Shown here: piece by piece, positions 62,588 through 64,000 of the stretch
Layout of the letters: each line of letters opens with the position of its first letter
Numbering within the stretch: position 1 is the stretch's first letter
NCBI GenBank assembly: GCA_951406725.2
Contig: OX597814.1
Span: forward strand, 55,924,001 to 55,988,000
Length of the DNA: 64,000 nucleotides
Direction: 5' to 3'
Source: Octopus vulgaris
Taxonomy: Eukaryota
The notes under the pieces: generated by a model
What the model was told of the DNA's origin: nothing
What the model saw: only the letters and a program-made list of their open reading frames with translations
Databases searched by the model: none
Position numbers and translations under genes: made by a program

Positions 62588-62778
62588 ATGTTTTGGATGA
62601 GGGCATTGACAAATATAAAACCAGCTGAATGACTATTGGTTTCGCTCCTTTAAAGCACTTTCAGTATAGGCGTCTCGTCAAACTCAAATGGGTGAAGGCG
62701 CATAATCTCTTTAGAACTGGAGAAAGAAATAGATAACATTCTGTTGGTCTAATTTATCAATGCCCTCATCCAAAACAT
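62588..62778. mobile_element. MITE-like element with 27-bp terminal inverted repeats
   Basis: atgttttggatgagggcattgacaaat / atttatcaatgccctcatccaaaacat (1 mismatch). Confidence 0.75.
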
Positions 62779-62916
62779 TTTCTAATTTAGATTCATTTGT
62801 TGAATAGTCCCACCACAGCGCCTTCGAATATCACCATGGCTGGAACCAATGTAAGGGGAATAACTCCATCTGGCTAACCCCGTCTCACTCCTAACACTAA
62901 CATTTTTTTTGTTTAC

Positions 62917-63302
62917 TCTTTTACTTGTTTCAGTCATTTGACTGCGGCCATGCTGGAGCACCGCCTTTAGTCGAGCAAATCGACCCTGGGACTTATTCTT
63001 TGTAAGCCCATTACTTATTCTATCGGTCTCTTTTGCCGAACCGCTAAGTGACGGGTACGTAAACGCACCAGCATCGGTTGTCAAGCAATGCTAGGGGGAC
63101 AAACACAGACACACAAACACACACATATATACATATATACGACGGGCTTATTTGAGTTTCCGTCTACCAAATCCACTCACAAGGCATTGGTCGGCCCGGG
63201 GCTATAGCAGAAGACACTTGCCCAAGATGTCACACAGTGGGACTGAACCCGGAACCATGTGGTTGATTAGCAAGCTACTTACCACACAGCCACTCCCGCG
63301 CC
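62917..63302 (-). mobile_element. SINE family A, full length, young
   Basis: Complete head to tail with CpGs intact; probable TSD tttgtttac at 62908-62916 and 63305-63313. Confidence 0.92.
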
Positions 63303-63420
63303 TGTTTGTTTACAAAACCAACTGACTCTTATATATTTCTTCCTCTTTTCCCAGAGAAGTTATGCACCTTCAGCCATTTGAACCTGACAAGTCATTTCTA
63401 CTGTTAAACGCTTTATAGTT

Positions 63421-63573
63421 TTTTCTTCTTCTCTAGGCACAAGGCCCGAAATTTTGGGGGAGAGAGCCAGTCGATTACATCGACTCCACTGCGTAACTGG
63501 TACTTATTTCATCGACTCCGAAAGGATGAAAAACGAAATCGACCTCGGCGGAATTTGAACTCAGAACGTAGCG
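63421..63573 (-). mobile_element. SINE family B, 5'-truncated, young, 18-bp TSD
   Basis: gttaaacgctt(t/c)atagtt at 63403-63420 and 63574-63591. Confidence 0.88.
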
Positions 63574-63659
63574 GTTAAACGCTTCATAGTTGCCCAACCA
63601 ATGGTTTCTCTATGATCGGCTCTAACTATTTATTTCCTAAAATATATGTATATTTATGT

Positions 63660-63985
63660 GTGGTTGTGGTGTGTGTGTTTGCTTCTCAGCCATATGGTAC
63701 CGGCCTCAGTCCTTCTGTGGAACCGTAAGCAAGTGTCTTCTGCTGTAGTATCGGGTCAACGAAAGCCTTGTGAGTGGATTTGGTAGGCGGGAACTGGAAG
63801 AAGTCCGTTCTATGTGTGTGTTTGTGTGTAATTGTGTCTGTTTGTCTTCACCATTGCTTGATGACTGATGTTGGTGTGTATGTCTCTGTAACTTAGCGGT
63901 TCATCAAGAATGTCTGACAGAGTAAGTACCAGGTTTTTTAAAAATAGATACTGGGGTTTATTTTTTACTGACTAAAACAAGTAAT
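63660..63985 (+). mobile_element. SINE family A, diverged
   Basis: gcaagtgtcttc...aagccttgtgagtggatttggtaggcgg...acttagcggttc...agtaagtacc. Confidence 0.75.
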
Positions 63986-64000
63986 ATATATAGTTCTAGT

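Overview
AT-rich, repeat-dense eukaryotic genomic DNA, probably intronic or intergenic, with no confidently identifiable host gene. The SINE/LINE repertoire and dense (TA)n/(CA)n/(ATT)n microsatellites point to an octopus (coleoid cephalopod) genome; this is an inference from repeat content. The window holds a near-intact 4.7-kb RTE-clade LINE (APE + RT with an inserted PHD-type finger, two 1-nt frameshifts), an internally deleted L1/Tx1 LINE, older RTE fragments (one with a twin-priming-type 5' inversion), and a Penelope-like element with an inverted 3' duplication and a hammerhead-ribozyme motif. It also holds a mariner (DD34D-type) and a Tc1-like DD36E transposon, non-autonomous Helitrons, TTAA (piggyBac-type) MITEs, and dozens of tRNA-derived SINEs with interchangeable heads and tails. 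The most unusual object is a ~455-bp TSD-flanked palindromic element (49079-49533) made of two head-to-head copies of a tRNA-like unit, each carrying a Penelope-type minimal hammerhead ribozyme. It is a candidate Penelope-mobilised, ribozyme-bearing SINE-like family. SINE family labels A/B/C/F are my own, and boundaries of old repeats are approximate.
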